Assembly: GCF_000008465.1 (NCBI RefSeq) | Contig: NC_006512.1 | Span: 2,700,001 to 2,732,000, forward strand | Source of the DNA: Idiomarina loihiensis L2TR | GTDB lineage: Bacteria > Pseudomonadota > Gammaproteobacteria > Enterobacterales > Alteromonadaceae | Direction of reading: 5' to 3' | DNA: 32,000 nucleotides | Shown here: positions 31,074-32,000 of the stretch, in pieces | How positions within the stretch are numbered: the first letter of the stretch is position 1 | Layout: the number at the start of each line of letters is the position of its first letter | Program-made: the position numbers and the translations under genes | Notes under the pieces: model-generated | The model's input: only the letters and a program-made list of their open reading frames with translations | Database searches by the model: none | Told to the model about the DNA's origin: nothing

Positions 31074-32000
31074 TTACCCGTTAAATAATTGCCGCTCGCT
31101 GGCTCCGGACAAGAAAGCTTCCACGGCCTGCATAAACTCATTGCCATAACGTGCCAGTTTAACTTCTCCAACACCATTGATTTCTAACATATCTTTGGCT
31201 GTTGTGGGATAGTGTACGCACATTTCCACCAGTGCCGCATCACTGAACACCACAAAAGGCGGCACCTGATCACGGTCAGCAATGTCTTTACGCAACTTAC
31301 GCAAACGCCGGAACAAAATTTTATTATAGTCACCCCGGTCGGTAATTCGGGTTTTGGTTGCAGTTAATTCTATTCGCGGCTTAGCCAGTTCCAGCGGAAC
31401 TTCGCCTTTTAACACAGGGCGGGCTGCATCAGTGAGCTGAAGTGCTGCAAAACGCCGAATGTCCTGCAGAATAAGCCCTCGGTGAATGAGCTGCCGTAAC
31501 ACCGAAAACCAGTGCTCCTGAGTTTCCGACTTGCCTAAGCCGTACGTGCTCAACTGGTCGTGTCCCAGCTCGAGAACACGTTGGGCTTTTGAACCACGCA
31601 AAACCTCAACTACATGGTTAATACCAAACTGCTGACCGACTCGGTATACACAGCTCAGTGCTTTTTGAGCGTCTTCCAGACCGTCGTAGCGCTGGGGCGG
31701 ATCCAGACACAAATCGCAGTTTCCGCATTCCTTATCCGAGTATTCATTAAAATAATTCAACACCACCAGCCGCCGGCAGGTCTGCGCTTCTGCCATAGCC
31801 TGCATAGCTGAAAACTTTTGCGCCTCGACCAAGCGCCGCTGCTCATTCTCCTGATCTTCTATCATGCGTCGTATCCATTGCGCGTCGCGCGGGTCATAAA
31901 GCATGACAGCCTCGGCTGGCAGACCATCTCGGCCAGCACGCCCGGTTTCCTGATAGTAAGATTCAACGCTGCGGGGAATATCAAAATGAATGACAAAACG
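31074..32000 (-). CDS. recQ: ATP-dependent DNA helicase RecQ (3' part; the 5' end lies right of the window)
   Basis: The frame is open to the window edge. It reads FVIHFDIPRSVESYYQETGRAGRDGLPAEAVMLYDP (helicase motif VI), the zinc-binding CGNCDLC, an RQC region and a C-terminal HRDC (PPFVVFSDAALVEMC...LEINGVGEVKLARYG). Confidence 0.95.
   Translation of the reverse strand, partial: RFVIHFDIPRSVESYYQETGRAGRDGLPAEAVMLYDPRDAQWIRRMIEDQENEQRRLVEAQKFSAMQAMAEAQTCRRLVVLNYFNEYSDKECGNCDLCLDPPQRYDGLEDAQKALSCVYRVGQQFGINHVVEVLRGSKAQRVLELGHDQLSTYGLGKSETQEHWFSVLRQLIHRGLILQDIRRFAALQLTDAARPVLKGEVPLELAKPRIELTATKTRITDRGDYNKILFRRLRKLRKDIADRDQVPPFVVFSDAALVEMCVHYPTTAKDMLEINGVGEVKLARYGNEFMQAVEAFLSGASERQLFNG

Noticed and set aside
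1-32000. CRISPR arrays, tRNA/rRNA genes and IS elements.
   Set aside because: I saw no regularly spaced direct repeats, cloverleaf-like sequences or rRNA-like conserved blocks in the intergenic regions, and no terminal inverted repeats flanking a transposase-like ORF.

Overview
This is a chromosomal window from a gammaproteobacterium. The proteins look like those of marine Alteromonadales-type organisms, but I cannot verify that here. It is about 85% coding, with 23 full-length protein genes I consider credible plus two truncated at the edges. I recognised no rRNA, tRNA, CRISPR array, transposase or integrase.

Core backbone:
- the recC-recB-recD operon on the minus strand (12415-15882, 8693-12418, 6753-8696), joined by 4-bp ATGA overlaps
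- the 3' two-thirds of recQ
- an ibpA-like small heat-shock gene with a sigma32-type promoter
- two c-di-GMP signalling proteins
- LysE-family and ABC exporters, and an MscS channel
- a DUF885 lipoprotein and a threonine-aldolase-like enzyme

The left ~6.7 kb looks accessory. It carries a yafN/yafO-type toxin-antitoxin pair. It also carries a vsr + MspI-like C5-methyltransferase + MspI-like restriction endonuclease cassette, on visibly lower-GC DNA pressed against the 3' end of recD.

The most unusual things I can support:
1. The endonuclease has an unrecognised N-terminal domain of ~170-185 aa fused to the MspI-like core.
2. The methyltransferase has an N-terminal HTH, and a perfect 6-3-6 palindrome sits exactly in the spacer of its predicted promoter, next to a CCGG site.
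3. The M and R genes converge and overlap by 23 bp.
4. At least five copies of the E. coli Chi octamer occur, all in one orientation.
5. A perfect 24-bp palindrome lies in a divergent promoter region at the left edge.

I did not find a convincing, wholly new multi-gene system. Genes of unknown function are flagged as candidates only: the 222-aa protein, the 340-aa protein coupled to MscS, and the 86-aa ORF after recQ. All homology statements rest on motifs and sequences I recall, not on database searches.
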